The notes under the pieces: model-generated
What the model was told of the DNA's origin: nothing
Databases searched by the model: none
The model's input: the letters and a program-made list of their open reading frames with translations, nothing else
Program-made: the position numbers and the translations under genes
Source: Azolla caroliniana
Taxonomy: Eukaryota; Plantae; Polypodiophyta
Length of the DNA stretch: 64,000 nt
Assembly: GCA_043228905.1 (NCBI GenBank)
Contig: JBHGNT010000003.1
Coordinates: forward strand, 4,836,001-4,900,000
Reading direction: 5' to 3'
Part shown: in pieces, positions 24,945-37,811 of the stretch
How the letters are laid out: every line of letters starts with the position of its first letter
Numbering within the stretch: position 1 is the first letter of the stretch

Positions 24945-27625
24945 ATTATATATTTGCTATGTGGGTTTAAATAGAAAGGCCTATTGTCCATATTTAATAT
25001 AAACATTTGAATATTCACTTTTTGAATTTAGATGGGGTTTTGCAACTAGAAATAATTGTCTTGTTTTATAACCAATACTAATCGAGGTTATTTGTGTACT
25101 TGAGTTAAGTGTACAATGTCTTTTTCTTATTAAATGTGTCTCTCCTAGGTATGTTGCATCAAGTGCACAACTTTCTCTCAAGCGAAGTTGTAACTTGCAA
25201 GAATGGTTGACAAGTACTCTTCAGTTACCAAAAATAGGGTATTAGACATAAGGAAAATTCTGCCTCTCCTCCCTTAACTATCGTAACAAAAAACTTAGTT
25301 TTAGCCATAATTTGGCTTGATCTACCACAGAATGAGCGAAATGATGTACAACAGCACATCAATGAGAAAAAAACACTTCAAATAGTTATGAATCACATAC
25401 TAGAGTCTAGAACATTAGTGAAACCTTGGATTGAAGTTCTCAACACAAATCTCTTTGTCAGTGAGTAAGAGAAAGATGGATCTTATTATCATTTTTGGAG
25501 GTTAAGTTGAACTAGGATACCCATAAAAAAAGTACCATCATGTAATACATATGAAAGTGAGTAGTAACTCTTAATCTTCAAGAGCTTTACTAAGAAATGT
25601 CACGATTGAGACTGCAAACTATGATTGTGAGAGAAATTCATGTAAGGATTGGTTTGGTTGAGTATGTTAGGACCCCTACATCTTAAAGATTTATAACTCC
25701 GTTGGATTTATTCCTATAGTTTAAACTATTAAAAGCTAATTCTTACATCTCATCATATTCTTGCATAGGTTAGATTGCATTAAATTCTTACATCTCATCC
25801 CTAATACATTTTTATATCATTTATATCGGTTCATCATTTTTACTTTGTAGAATGCATTGACTTTGACCCTTGAAGTAGATTCTATGGACGTAACTCTAAA
25901 TTCTTAAATAGTGAAAAACATCCCTAATAAGTTTTTATATGAGTTCATCATTTTTACCTTGTAGAATGCATTGACGTTGACCCTCGAATTAGATTCTATG
26001 GACATAGTTCTGCATTCTTAAATAGTGAAAAACACAATTGAACATGTCAAGAAAACCAAGAAATGTAAAAAATGTAGTTACTTCAACAAACCCTACGAAT
26101 TCTATGGATGTTGCCTTGTGAACTTCCTCATGATCTTCAACTAGATCAAGTGAATGGGCTAAGCATAAATGTTGTTTCTTTTTACTAGGAGAGCCCTACA
26201 AATCGGTGGTGCATGACTCTAGAGTCCATCATAATAGTGGTCACGCAAATTGTCAAGTCGATGAGTGAGAGTAAATGGTATTCAAGGCATTCAATCTTCC
26301 AATAGTTTACATATGTGGGGAACAAATTCATAGTAAAACTAAGGCAAAACCTTCCCAAGTCATTTAGCTTATAGTTTCTCCCTATTGGGATAAGGTCTCT
26401 TGATGTTGGGAGCTCTTTTCGAACACATTTCAAGTAGTGATTATGTTTCAACTTATTGTAATATTCTTCTACTATATAAATTGATAGAGATTTTGCATCT
26501 TCCAAAACAATGCATGAGTCCAAGCTATTATTAAAACCACCCGCAACATGCAGACTAAACAGGACCTGATAAATCAACGCATGTGCTCGTTGTCATATTC
26601 TCGTCCATTCGAATATATTGAAATTCACTAACCAAAAGGATTGTGTTAAAAAGATCCAGAGCAGCCGAATCCCAAAGATTGTAACGACACCCATTTGCTA
26701 AGAAGGCTTCAACAATTAGTCCAAATAGATCATTTTTCACAATATAGTGGTAGTAAAATTCATCCTATATAAGAATAAAGGCAAGATCAGGCATTGTACA
26801 AATTATTCAACCTACCTCTAAAATTTCTAAGTTATAAGAAAAAATTTGTAAGGTACAAATGCAAATTAACATCACAGGTAAATGATCCACCTAGCTCTAT
26901 ACTAGGTTTGAGCATGGGAATTGTATTGACATAGATTGAATATGTGCACCGTCGCTTGGCCTATTATTATGAGATCAAAGCATGATACCACTGATTTTAA
27001 CACAGATTATTTAGTAAAGGAGGAAGAAGTATTGATAGCATAGATAAGCATGCATTGAGAATACCTATTGTAGCTAGCATGACTCTTTCAATGGCGGAAG
27101 TGTTGTTAGATTACATACTATCATAGAAATGACCACGACCACAGGACATGATGTTCAATGTCTCAATGTGTTCCATGTGGATCTCCCGTACATGGATTAG
27201 CAGGTAACATCTATTTCAGACACATATGGATGGAGCCTATGCATACTCTCAACGGTGAATAACATAGATTTATATGAAGGATAAACAAGAATTCATCTAT
27301 GTAGCAAGCAATATTTTCTAAAACCAAACTAGCAGTTAGATAACATGCAATACTCAAATTGGAACAAAAACACTTACTTTTCAACCAATACATATCCATA
27401 AAACACGTTAGTTGTGCCGTCAAGCACATTCACTCTGGGCGGTCACAAAAAATCTAAATTGTGCATTAAGAATCGAATAGCCATACTACCCAATATCGTT
27501 AAGAAACAAAAGAATTACACCAAATACTACGTTTATTTTGTATAGAACAAAACCTCTAGTTTGTATTGGCAATATAAAAGACAAACGCCAAACAAAGAGG
27601 AAAAGAAACGAAAAAGACAAAGGAG

Positions 27626-28938
27626 ATCAAAATATTAATAATGAAAAACACACACTGAGTATCTTAACTTTTGCCTGGAAGCATATCATCAACACCATGA
27701 TCAAAATATGTGCACAACCTAGTGGCGTCCAAGAGGTTACATTGATCGAGAACATTATACGCCCTGATTGCTTATGCAATCCATCAAGGGCACAAGATAG
27801 AGATGATCAATGCCTAAAAATACATTATTTGAAGGAAGAACTTTGGAATAAACTCGAGCAAGGCAAGGAAGAATCGTATGTTTGGAAAATGACTAAGTTA
27901 AAGCCTCATTATCTAAGAAATAACTTAATTGATCTCTTGGGTTCAGAGTATTATGAGGAGGTCCTCTTGTCATTTAAAAAATGGCTTGCGGTAGACGTAA
28001 GGGATGAATTGTTGGAGGATGATGATAAAGTCAATGAATCTGGGGAATATAAAAGTTCAGGAGAAAATGCGATCATGACTAGCTTGCAAGAAAATGGCTT
28101 GGTGCAAGAAGGTCAAACTTTAGAAGAGGCAATTAATTTTATGGCAAGGCCAATTTTAAGTTTACATCGTAAGGTGGATGCCACTCATGAAGAGGTCCTC
28201 AAGGTACATGATAAGATGGATCAAATGTCCAAGAAGCTAGGTGAAATGCATAAAGAAATTCAATATATGAGGAAAAATGTTATGAGCAATGTTCAAAAAT
28301 CTATAGGTAAGCTATTGAAAATGGCTCTAGAAAACGAGGTAGAGAAACAACTCCCTTGTGTTGCCCTCCTTACAACTAAAGATTCTGAATCAACCATTGA
28401 GGAACTTTTGACTAGGGTGCCTAACATACTTTTCGGAGGACAAATTGGGAGAATCCAATTATATTGTGAGGATAGAAATTTGATACACCCGGTCGAAAAC
28501 CATATTGGTACGCCCCTCACCTCTTTGCCAAAATCTCAACAAGAAACTCTAGAAAGAGCTCTTCCATATATCAAAGGTTTTTGTGGTGTTTTGACAACAG
28601 CTGCTAGACTCGGTATTTCCTCTGTAGCACCTCTTGTAAGCTCTTTGGTACCTGATTGCACACCTCACATCAAACTACCAAAACAATATCCTATGATACA
28701 AAGACATACAAAGAAATTAAAGAAAGATATGTTTCTTAGTAAATTAGAGTGTGCTTCCAAAGAATGGCTAAAGTGTTTAGCCTCTATATTAAGAGAAAAT
28801 GGAGGTTTAACAGATGAAAATATAGCTAAGAAGTTTGGTCTCCAGCGTGCCATCTATAATCAAACTCCTGGGAGTACTCAAGTTGCATGGTTATGTCGAA
28901 GCCACTACAAGGGAAAAACACCTTTCCCATTAGGTTGA
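27626..28938 (+). pseudogene. 5'-truncated duplicate of Roco B (distal COR + coiled coil + C-terminal domain); reading frame still open, ATG at 27697 gives 413 aa
   Basis: Colinear with 36501-37811 from atcaaaatattaataatgaaaa onward, ends GKTPFPLG*. No LRR or Roc upstream. Confidence 0.85.
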
Positions 28939-31391
28939 ACCATATTGTGCTATGCTGATTCGACTAAACAACATTCTCTCATTTGTTTGGAAAGTCTTCT
29001 TTTATTGTAAACTTCTATGTGTACTTCCTTCACCAAACCTAAAATTTGGGTTTTGTGAGTAATCTCAAGCTTGTTTGTGGATTTGAAACAAGCATACAAT
29101 ATGTTATTTTCTAATCAACTTGTCTCTTCTAGGTATGTGCAGGAAGCAGATATCTCTCTCTTGATAGGAGTTGTATCATTTTAACGAGATAAAATTAACA
29201 AGAGTGATAAGGCTAACACCTTTCCAAGCTCTACCAAGTGGAGGCTAATACTCTCTGACTTACTATGTATGCACTGGTGCACTTAGGTTACTCTTGTTTG
29301 TGAAGATTATTTGATGTTACTCCACGTATTGTGCAGCATAAATGTGGTTGCCCAGAAGACCTGTGATTACATTTGTTTGTTGTCATTAAAAGCAATATGG
29401 AAATAGCAAGAATTTCTCTAGTTTAATCATGATGTGCTCACTTCCTCACTCATCGTGATATGGAGGTAGCGAGCATATGCTCTCTTAGTTTATGGAAGAA
29501 ATAGAGAAGCATCCTACTATCATCAAGTTGAAGATTCTTGTTTGCAAGCATCTCCTGTAAATAATCTTCCTTGAAACCTATCCCACAAAAGAAGAACTCT
29601 TCACATAAAACCTTCAATCCAATACAGTGTCTGTGATTTGAGCTTTGCTTTTTGCCTCCCTGATGTTAATTTAACATGCAGCAATCAGAGAGGGAGCTAC
29701 TTGAACATTACCCTTCTTGTTCCTGTATCAAAATTTTGAGTTCACCCTTTCTAAAGAAGCCAGACAATACCATCCACAACTCTACCTTCCCTGTTTGACA
29801 AAAGGGTGTAATCTGTGCCACAAACTCGTTAGGGAAGCTTTGAGACCCAAGTGTAAACATTCAAACCATTATTTAGATGAGATTCAAATCATATTTATGT
29901 ACTTGGAAGAATCGAGATGGTTGACTAATACATGTTGCATTCGCTGAGTGAATAGTCCCTGTGAGACAGAACAGGATGGATGGTCACTTGGTCTATACTT
30001 TAGAAATGACCGAATTCCAATTATTTTGGAGAAGAGGGCACAAAGTACTTGGTAGAATTGGGGAAGATGGAAGATGAATAATTGGTTTCTGCTATTACTA
30101 TCCGGAGAAGTAATTTTCGTCTCTTCCCATCCTTGAACCATTTCTAAATATATAGAGTTCCTCTTCCATTCCTTGTGTGTGGGCCTCTTTAAATGTCTTT
30201 AAATCAACAATGAGAGGTTCAAATTAATTTCTGGAAAAGCAAAGGAATAGGACATAGTGAACAAGATAATTAGGGCATCTATATGCAGAAACAGCAAAAA
30301 CTTACCCAATAATAATTCTCTTTTCTCCAGAATCTTCATTATTGGGAACTAGAGAATTGAAGTATGATCGAGATTCCATACTATACTTCCCCATTGTCAG
30401 ACACTCTGCTCAGTAATTTATCAATCCTAGAATTGGGGATGATGGATTGTATTTCTTTACCTAGTAAAATGGGTACAGAATCCCACTAATTTACGAGAAA
30501 GTTATTAAAGCATTAGTGCAATAGATGTAACTTAGATCAAATACGACTATATAAAGAAAGACATAAGTTTTGGGTGGGATACCCACCAAAAAGCTACCTA
30601 AAACACTCTGAACTCCCAATTCAAACCTCATCTACACTTGCACCCACCCACCTAAAGTCATACATTATGGCTTGAAACCTCATATTGACATAAACCAAAT
30701 CTACATTCAAAAATCATATCCTCACCAAATCTATTGTTCCATTTCCAAACCTAAAGAATATCTTATTTAAAACCTCATTTATCTTGTGCAAAGTAAAGTA
30801 TACCAAACCTACCCTACCTTCTTTAAACCGGCATAAACCATGGCTAAACCTATTTGTGAATTCATCTCAAATCCATCTAAATGCATAACTATATTCAAAA
30901 AACCATAAACCCGCGTAAACCATGGCTAGACCTATTTGCGAATTCATCTCAAATCCATCTAAATGCATAATTACATTAAAAAAACCACACAAATGATACA
31001 TTTCTCCTAATCTAATCTTCCTTAACAACCCACAAAAGAGCATCACCTGAAATAGGAGTCCATCAAACACTAATCTATCTTAACAAACTAATATAAAACA
31101 TCCTGAAAATCCATGAAATTGGCATATAACTTTGTAAACCCACATAAAACCATACATTATCCAAAAAATGATCTACCAAATACAAGTAATGAGAAAATGC
31201 GGAGGAAAAACTGAATCAAAAAAAATTATGGAAAACATCCAGGAAAACCTAAAGCAAATACAATGATGAAATGGCACACATTCTATCAAGCGTACGAGAA
31301 CTACTCAAAATATGAAATTTTGATTGGGACTTAAATACGAAAGCATTAGAGAGAAACAAAAGGACAATTAAATAAAGAAATAAATTACATC
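27626..31391 (+). repeat. ~3.5-3.8 kb segmental duplication of 36501-39959
   Basis: Shared coding 3' end plus >2 kb of flank (near-identical ORFs 29717-29947 and 38676-38906). Both copies end at aaataaagaaataaattacatc. Confidence 0.93.
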
Positions 31392-33592
31392 TTGCAAGTT
31401 GTTGTGTGGCTTCAAATAGATGACATTTTCTCATTGACTTGAAGGGCTCACTTCCTATTTTTTTTGTAAACATTTGCAACTAAGAATAATTTCACGTTTT
31501 GTTACTGATATTAAATCAACCTTATTCATGTATTCGAATTAAGTGTGCAATGAGATTTTCTGAGTAAATGCATATGTTGCACAGGGTGCACATCTTTCTC
31601 TCAATTGAAGTTGTATCTCTTGAACATCCAATGGAATTATATCTCCTCCCTTCATTAATTATCTTAGCAAAGAATTACTGGTTTAATTCTTATGCTTAAT
31701 CAATGTTGTTGATAATCAGTCTCTGTTTGTATGAAAATGCATGCACTTTCCACAAGACTGCGAAAGAGACTTTATAAATCCCAATCATAATATACTCAAC
31801 CTTAACATTTCTTGTTTCCTGATTTGAACATGATTTCTTGTTTCCAAGCAACCTGGGCATATCTTTGGGAAAATTTTCATTCAAGGAAAGTTTCAACCAA
31901 GAGTTTAACAATAAAAATTTAGCTTTTGAATTTGTTGGCTGAATTATCTGTCCAAGTTATCATGTCCAGTCAAGGACATCTTGGTTAACATATTTCAAAA
32001 AGCCTTCCAAAGCATTACAATAGGGTTCTCTTATGACATCCAATCTCAACTTATTGTGCAGATCTCTCAACAAGTCTCTTATTCCATGCAATACCTTGAA
32101 GATCTATGATGGAACCCAATCTGAAAACTACCAAAATTATATGAAGAGAGAAAGAAAGATACAAGTCCAATCTGAAAGCAAAAATGATATTTAAATCCAT
32201 GCAATACATATTGAAGATCTATGGTACCAAATGTTGTTACACTAAATTAATAAAATCAAACTTCACGAGGTGAACTTAGTGTATGTGAAACCTTTTTTTA
32301 ATAACTAAGTGGGGCCTAATCAAACAAGAGAATAGAAGAGATAGTTATCGCCTCAGAGGGGCTCTTCTTTTTCTTTTATTATCTTTGGAGTGTAAACCCC
32401 TAATGTCACATAGGCGATAGAGGGTAAAAAAAGCCAACACTTGGTGATGACATGTAAAATCAATAAAATCCCTCATCTTTCCTCGCATTCATTTATTTGT
32501 CTTTTGACATTAAAAACTATAGTTAAAATCAATGGAATTCCTTCTTTTCTCATTCATATTGAACATATTTGTGATTGCCACATGAAAATATGGTTTCAAT
32601 CTATTAGAATAATAATATTAGAAATAAGACGTTATTATAATAAACAAATAAATTATAAATAAAGAAATAAGAATAACTAATGTAATCACCTATTAACGTA
32701 ACTTTTGTTCACACAACATTTAGTTACAAGGTTATATTCATGTGCCTTTTGATCACAATGAACATTCCAATAACAAACTTCCCAATGATCTTGTTGGAGT
32801 TGGATATATAGGCTACGTTATTTTAAGAGGTCTACGGGTAAATTCGCTACTGTAAAGACAAAATTGCCCCTTACCTCATACATTCATTCGTTATTAACTT
32901 ATATTTGTGTGTCGGTAATGAGAATTATACACCAATATATGTTAATGTTGGGCATAGTTTTATAACTTTACTTTCTATGTTTCTTGAATCTTCTACTTAC
33001 CTACGGAACCCTTTTTCCTATAATTGGCCCATGAGATGAACTACATCTTATCTGAATTTCCTTGGTGACCAACCAAAAAACACGAGCGTAAATTGAAAAG
33101 ACGAGTAAATTGATATATGATGTTCAAACTACCGTAGGATATAGTACGAAACAAAACATATCCCTACCTACCACATATGATACGGCATCACCATTACTCA
33201 CGCAAATGTAGATGGATATACAATGGAGAAACTTTAATTAACCCCCATCCCAAAATCTACAGATAGAAGACATGGAGCACTTAGAAACGTCAACCAACAT
33301 AATGCGAGACGATCACAAATCTTCCTCCTCTTATAATATCTACTACTTATTTATTTTTGTGTAAAAAATAAAAAATCTACAAACACAGATATAATCAAGT
33401 CCTAGATGACTCATGAGGGAGGGCAAGGGAAAGGGAAAAAGAGAAAGAGAAAGAGAGGGAAAAAGAAACCTTCGTCCACGCAGTTTTCTGAGAGAGAGAG
33501 ATACAGACAGACAATTAGTTATCCACATTCGTCGTCGTTTTATTAAATCCGTCCATTCTCTTCTCTTCATATTCAATTCATCTGTCTCCCCC

Positions 33593-36500
33593 ATGGAGAA
33601 GGCGCACCTCCCACCCCCTCACAAACTCATCTGGACGGAGTGGAATTCTGATGAGATCAGAGGAGCGCTGGAGAAATCGACAGCAGCTCTTCTCAACCTC
33701 TCATCCTCAACCCCTCGTGATCTGCTCATTAAGCTCGCCGATACCACCAAACTTAAAGAGGGAAAAAAGAATGGGATAGGCTATGATTCATATGGTGAAG
33801 ATGCGGTAGTAGAATTATGGGGGAGGAGCAGAGACACGATGTTGGATGTGGGAGATGCTCAGCTCACTACTACAGTTACGGACCATTTCTCACTGCTACG
33901 GATGGCCATCCTCACTGCTGCCGCCAATCTCACTGGGCGACCTCTCAATCTCCATTTGCTGAATCTCATAGAAGAGGAGGAGAGGGGTTGGGTGGAGGCT
34001 CTCTCTCTCGCTGCAGGTCGTGATCTGCTTAAGCTCCTCAATGTTGAGAACCTCTTCCTAGTGTTGCCGAATGAAGGTGACTCGTGGATAATTGGTTATC
34101 AATCATATGGGCCTGATGAAGAACGTGGAGCTATGGAATGGGGGAGCAGCGACATGATGTTGGATTTGGGAGATGCCACACCCTCACAACGGATGGCCAT
34201 CCTCACGGCTGCCGCCAATCTCACCGGCGGAGCTGTCCATCTCTTACTGTATAATTTGGAACTCAGCGAAGAGGAGGAAAGGTGTTGGGTGGAGGCTCTC
34301 TCTCTCGCTGCAGATCGTGATGCAGGCCCCAGCAGCCTCCTCATCAGCTCATGTAAATGCAGGGATGCTCATGGTCTTCTGAGTGCCCTCAAGAAAAATA
34401 AACGCCTCAAACATCTCTCCCTTAAGTATATGATGATTAGGGATGAGTGCATCGACGTGTTAAGCGACTTCACCTCCCTCACATCCCTCCACCTTCACTG
34501 TGTGGAAGTATCTTCCGATGAAGAGTTTATGGTGAAATTGGCGGAGCTTCATCCCTCGCATTCACCCCTCGCAGCCTCTCTCGAAAGACTGCACATACAT
34601 AGCTTACCCATTGACCGGAGAAGGACCACTGGTTTCCTGCGCCACTGGTCACAGCTCAAAGAGCTCTCTCTACATATGCCAGAGGACGACAGTAGACTGA
34701 AAGAGGAGGAGTTCATGGATTTCATGGATCAGTTAGCACCGCCAAAGAAGGGGACGGAGACAGCTGGAAGCACCCTCCCTTCATCTCCTCCTCAATTATA
34801 CAGCCTTCAATTAGAAAGCAGAGGGTTTCTTTTAAGCCCATCTAGTGCTGCTGCGGTGATGGATGCACTTTCTCGCTCCGGCCTTCCTTTCCTTAATTTA
34901 TCTAGATTTGACCCTGCCATCGATGCGCAGGTGTGGAGGAACCAACGCAATTACATGTTGGGATCAGACTTGAAACGAGTGCCTGCGACGTCCATCCGAT
35001 TGTTCATCTGCGGAGATCCATTCGCAGGTAAAACCATGAATGACCACACTCACTCAAATATGGAAATTCAAACAAAATAGATTGATGAGGATAACCACTA
35101 ACTAACACTTACACCGCATTTTGTTTGGCGCAGGAAAGACTACCCTTGTATCCACCATGCGTTCCATCTATGGGCGAAAGAGGGATCGGGCGAGAGCCCT
35201 GTTGACCACCCTGTTTACTGGAGAACGAACAAAAGGAATCGAGGTGCAAACCATCAAAAAAGAGGGAATTAGAGTGACATTGTGGGACATGGCAGGCCAG
35301 CAAGAGTTCCACGCATTCCACGACTGCATGTTCCCAGACATAGGAACCAGCTCTTATCAGTTCCCATCCATGTTCATGTTCGTGTGGAGCCCCATGGATA
35401 GCGAAAATAGCTACAGAGGAGCAGAGAAAAAAGAGACTGACTTCACAACAAGCTTCAGGTATTGGCTTCGGTTCCTCGCCTCCAAAAGCCGTCAGTCCAT
35501 CATCCCCCTCAGAGTGATCGTGGTATTCACACGAGCCGATCAAATGGAGTTTGTTACCAGCGCTCTCTTACATTCCATTGATTCACTTCGATCAAATTTT
35601 AGAAGGGTGATTGATATCCTCCAACCTCCTTTCCATGTGGATGCTAGGAAGAATGACGCTGTCAAAGCTGTAGCAGAATCTGTCTTCAGCAATGCCAAAG
35701 ATATACTCCAAGGTATTCAGCTCTACGACATCTGCACACAGGTAAGCAAACAGTTATCAAAGCATTTGGAAAACAAAAATGAACGAATCATTACATGGGA
35801 GAAATTCAGTGAAATCTGCCATATGGGTCTTCAACATTCCAATACCACCAGTGATAAAGCAAAGTTAAATGCAATAGCAATGACCTTGAACGAGTCCGGT
35901 AACATCATATACATAAACGGAATCCAACACATCGTTCTCGATCCCCATTGGTTTTGCAATGAGATCATGGGCACCCTCATTCATTACCCAAACTCTAAAG
36001 CAGATTCTAAAGTGAAGGGTACTATTGTATTTGGGAATGGCTACATCCCTAAACGTGTCCTGGAAGAGAAGTTTGAATCCATTACCAAATCTAAAGCGGA
36101 GGGTTCATTGCTCGTACAATTGATGGAATCCATGCACCTATGTTGTAAAGTCCCCGACAGCAGAGGAGATAAGATCTTTATTCCTGCCATATTGTCCAAG
36201 GATGTGGATGGGGAACAACTCCAATGGACATCAAAGTGTGAAAGCTATTTAGATAATGATAACGATATGTTTGTGTATATGGGCAGAAGGTTAAAATGTA
36301 AGGACAAAGCCCTCACCTTTCTTACTCCGGGATTGTTTCCACGGATTCAAGTGTTATTTAATAATATCTTCCAATCTCAGGATGAAGCCGAAGTCACACT
36401 TGGCAAAGATTTTATATCCATATTTTTTCAAGACATGGAGATCATCGTCGTATTCTGCCAAGCAAAATCGAACCATGTTATAGATGTGTTGGTTCGGGCT

Positions 36501-37811
36501 CATCAAAATATTAATAATGAAAAGCATGCACTGAGTATCTTAGCTTTTGTTCAAAAGCATATTATTAACATCGTGATCAAAATATGCGCACAACCTAGTG
36601 GCGTCCAAGGGGTTACATTGATCGAGAGCGTCATCCGCCCCGATTGCTTATGCGATCCATCCAGGGCACAAGATAGAGAAGGTCAATGCCTAGAAATAAC
36701 TTATTTGAAGAAAGAACTTTGGAATAAACTCGAGCAAGGCAAGGAAGAATCGTATGTTTGGAAAATGACTAAGTTAAAGCCTCATTCTCTAAGAAATAAC
36801 TTAATTGATCTCTTGGGTTTAGAGTATTATGAGGAGGTCCTCTGGTCATTTAAACAATGGCTTGCAATAGATGTAAGGGGTGAATTGTTGGAGGATGATG
36901 ATAAAGTCAATGAATCTGGGGAATATCAAGGTTCATGTGAAAATGTGATCATGACGAGCTTGCAAGAAAATGGCTTGGTGCAAGAAGGTCAAACATTAGA
37001 AGGGGCAATAAAGTTTCTGGCAAGGTCAATTTTAAGTTTACATCATAAGGTGGATGTCATTCATGAAGAGGTCCTCAAGGTACATGATAAGATGGAACAA
37101 TTGACCAAGAAGCTAGATGAAATGCATAAAGAAATTCAATTGATGAGGAAAGATGTTATGAGCAATGTTGAGAAATCTACACGCAAACTATTGAAAATGG
37201 CTCTAGAAAATGAGGCAGAGAAACAACTCCCTTGTATTGCCCTCCTTACAACTAAATATTTCAAATCCACCGTGGAGCGACTTTTGAAATGGGTGCCTCA
37301 AGTACTAAGAGGGAAAATTGTGAGAATCCAATTATACTGTGAGGATAGAAATTTGATACACCCGGTGGAAAACCAATTTGGTATCACCCTGACGTCTTTG
37401 TCAGACTCTCAAAGAGAAACTCTAGAAAGTGCTCTTCCATATATCAAGGGTTTCATTCGTAATTTGACTATAGCTACAAGACTCGGTGTTTCCTCCGTGG
37501 CACCTCTGGTAAGGTCTTTCGTACCTGATTGCACACGTCACATCAAACTACCAAAAAAATATCCTATGATACAAAGACATACTAAGAAATTAGAAAAGGA
37601 TAGATTTCTCAATACATTAGAGTGTGCTTCCAAAGAGTGGCAAAAGTGCTTAGCCTCTATATTAAAAGAAAATGGAGGTCTAACAGATGAAAATATAGCT
37701 AAGAAGTTTGGTCTCCAACGTGCCATCTATAATCAAACTCCTGGGATTACTCAAGTTGCATGGTTATGTCAGACACACTACAAAGGAAAAACACCTTTCC
37801 CGTTAGGTTGA
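33593..37811 (+). CDS. TRN1-like: TORNADO1-like Roco protein B; exons 33593-35027 and 35134-37811, ~1370 aa
   Basis: Start MEKAHLPPPHK matches MENPHLLPPPHK of Roco A. Removing intron 35028-35133 gives CGDPFAGKTTL. Motifs WDMAGQQEFHAFHDCMFP, TRAD, VDARK, VLDPHWFCNEIMG, FLTPGLFPRIQV, FGLQRA...AWLCQTH. Confidence 0.92.
35028..35133 (+). other. 106-bp phase-1 GT-AG intron inside the P-loop of Roco B
   Basis: ttcgcag|gtaaaa...ctaac...tttggcgcag|gaaagact; homologous to 4476-4584. Confidence 0.92.

Noticed and set aside
26040-26780. Possible decayed coding sequence (ORFs 26185-26577, 26555-26740)
   Set aside because: No family recognised; cannot be supported without a database search.
27538-27625. 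N-terminus of the 466-aa ORF
   Set aside because: TTG start in non-coding sequence that matches 42255-42345; not protein homology.
29717-29947. Small conserved ORF also at 38676-38906
   Set aside because: Explained by the segmental duplication; TTG start and no recognisable domain.
33413-33592. Upstream ATG extending Roco B by 60 aa
   Set aside because: Low-complexity GA-rich sequence with no counterpart in Roco A; homology starts at ATG 33593.
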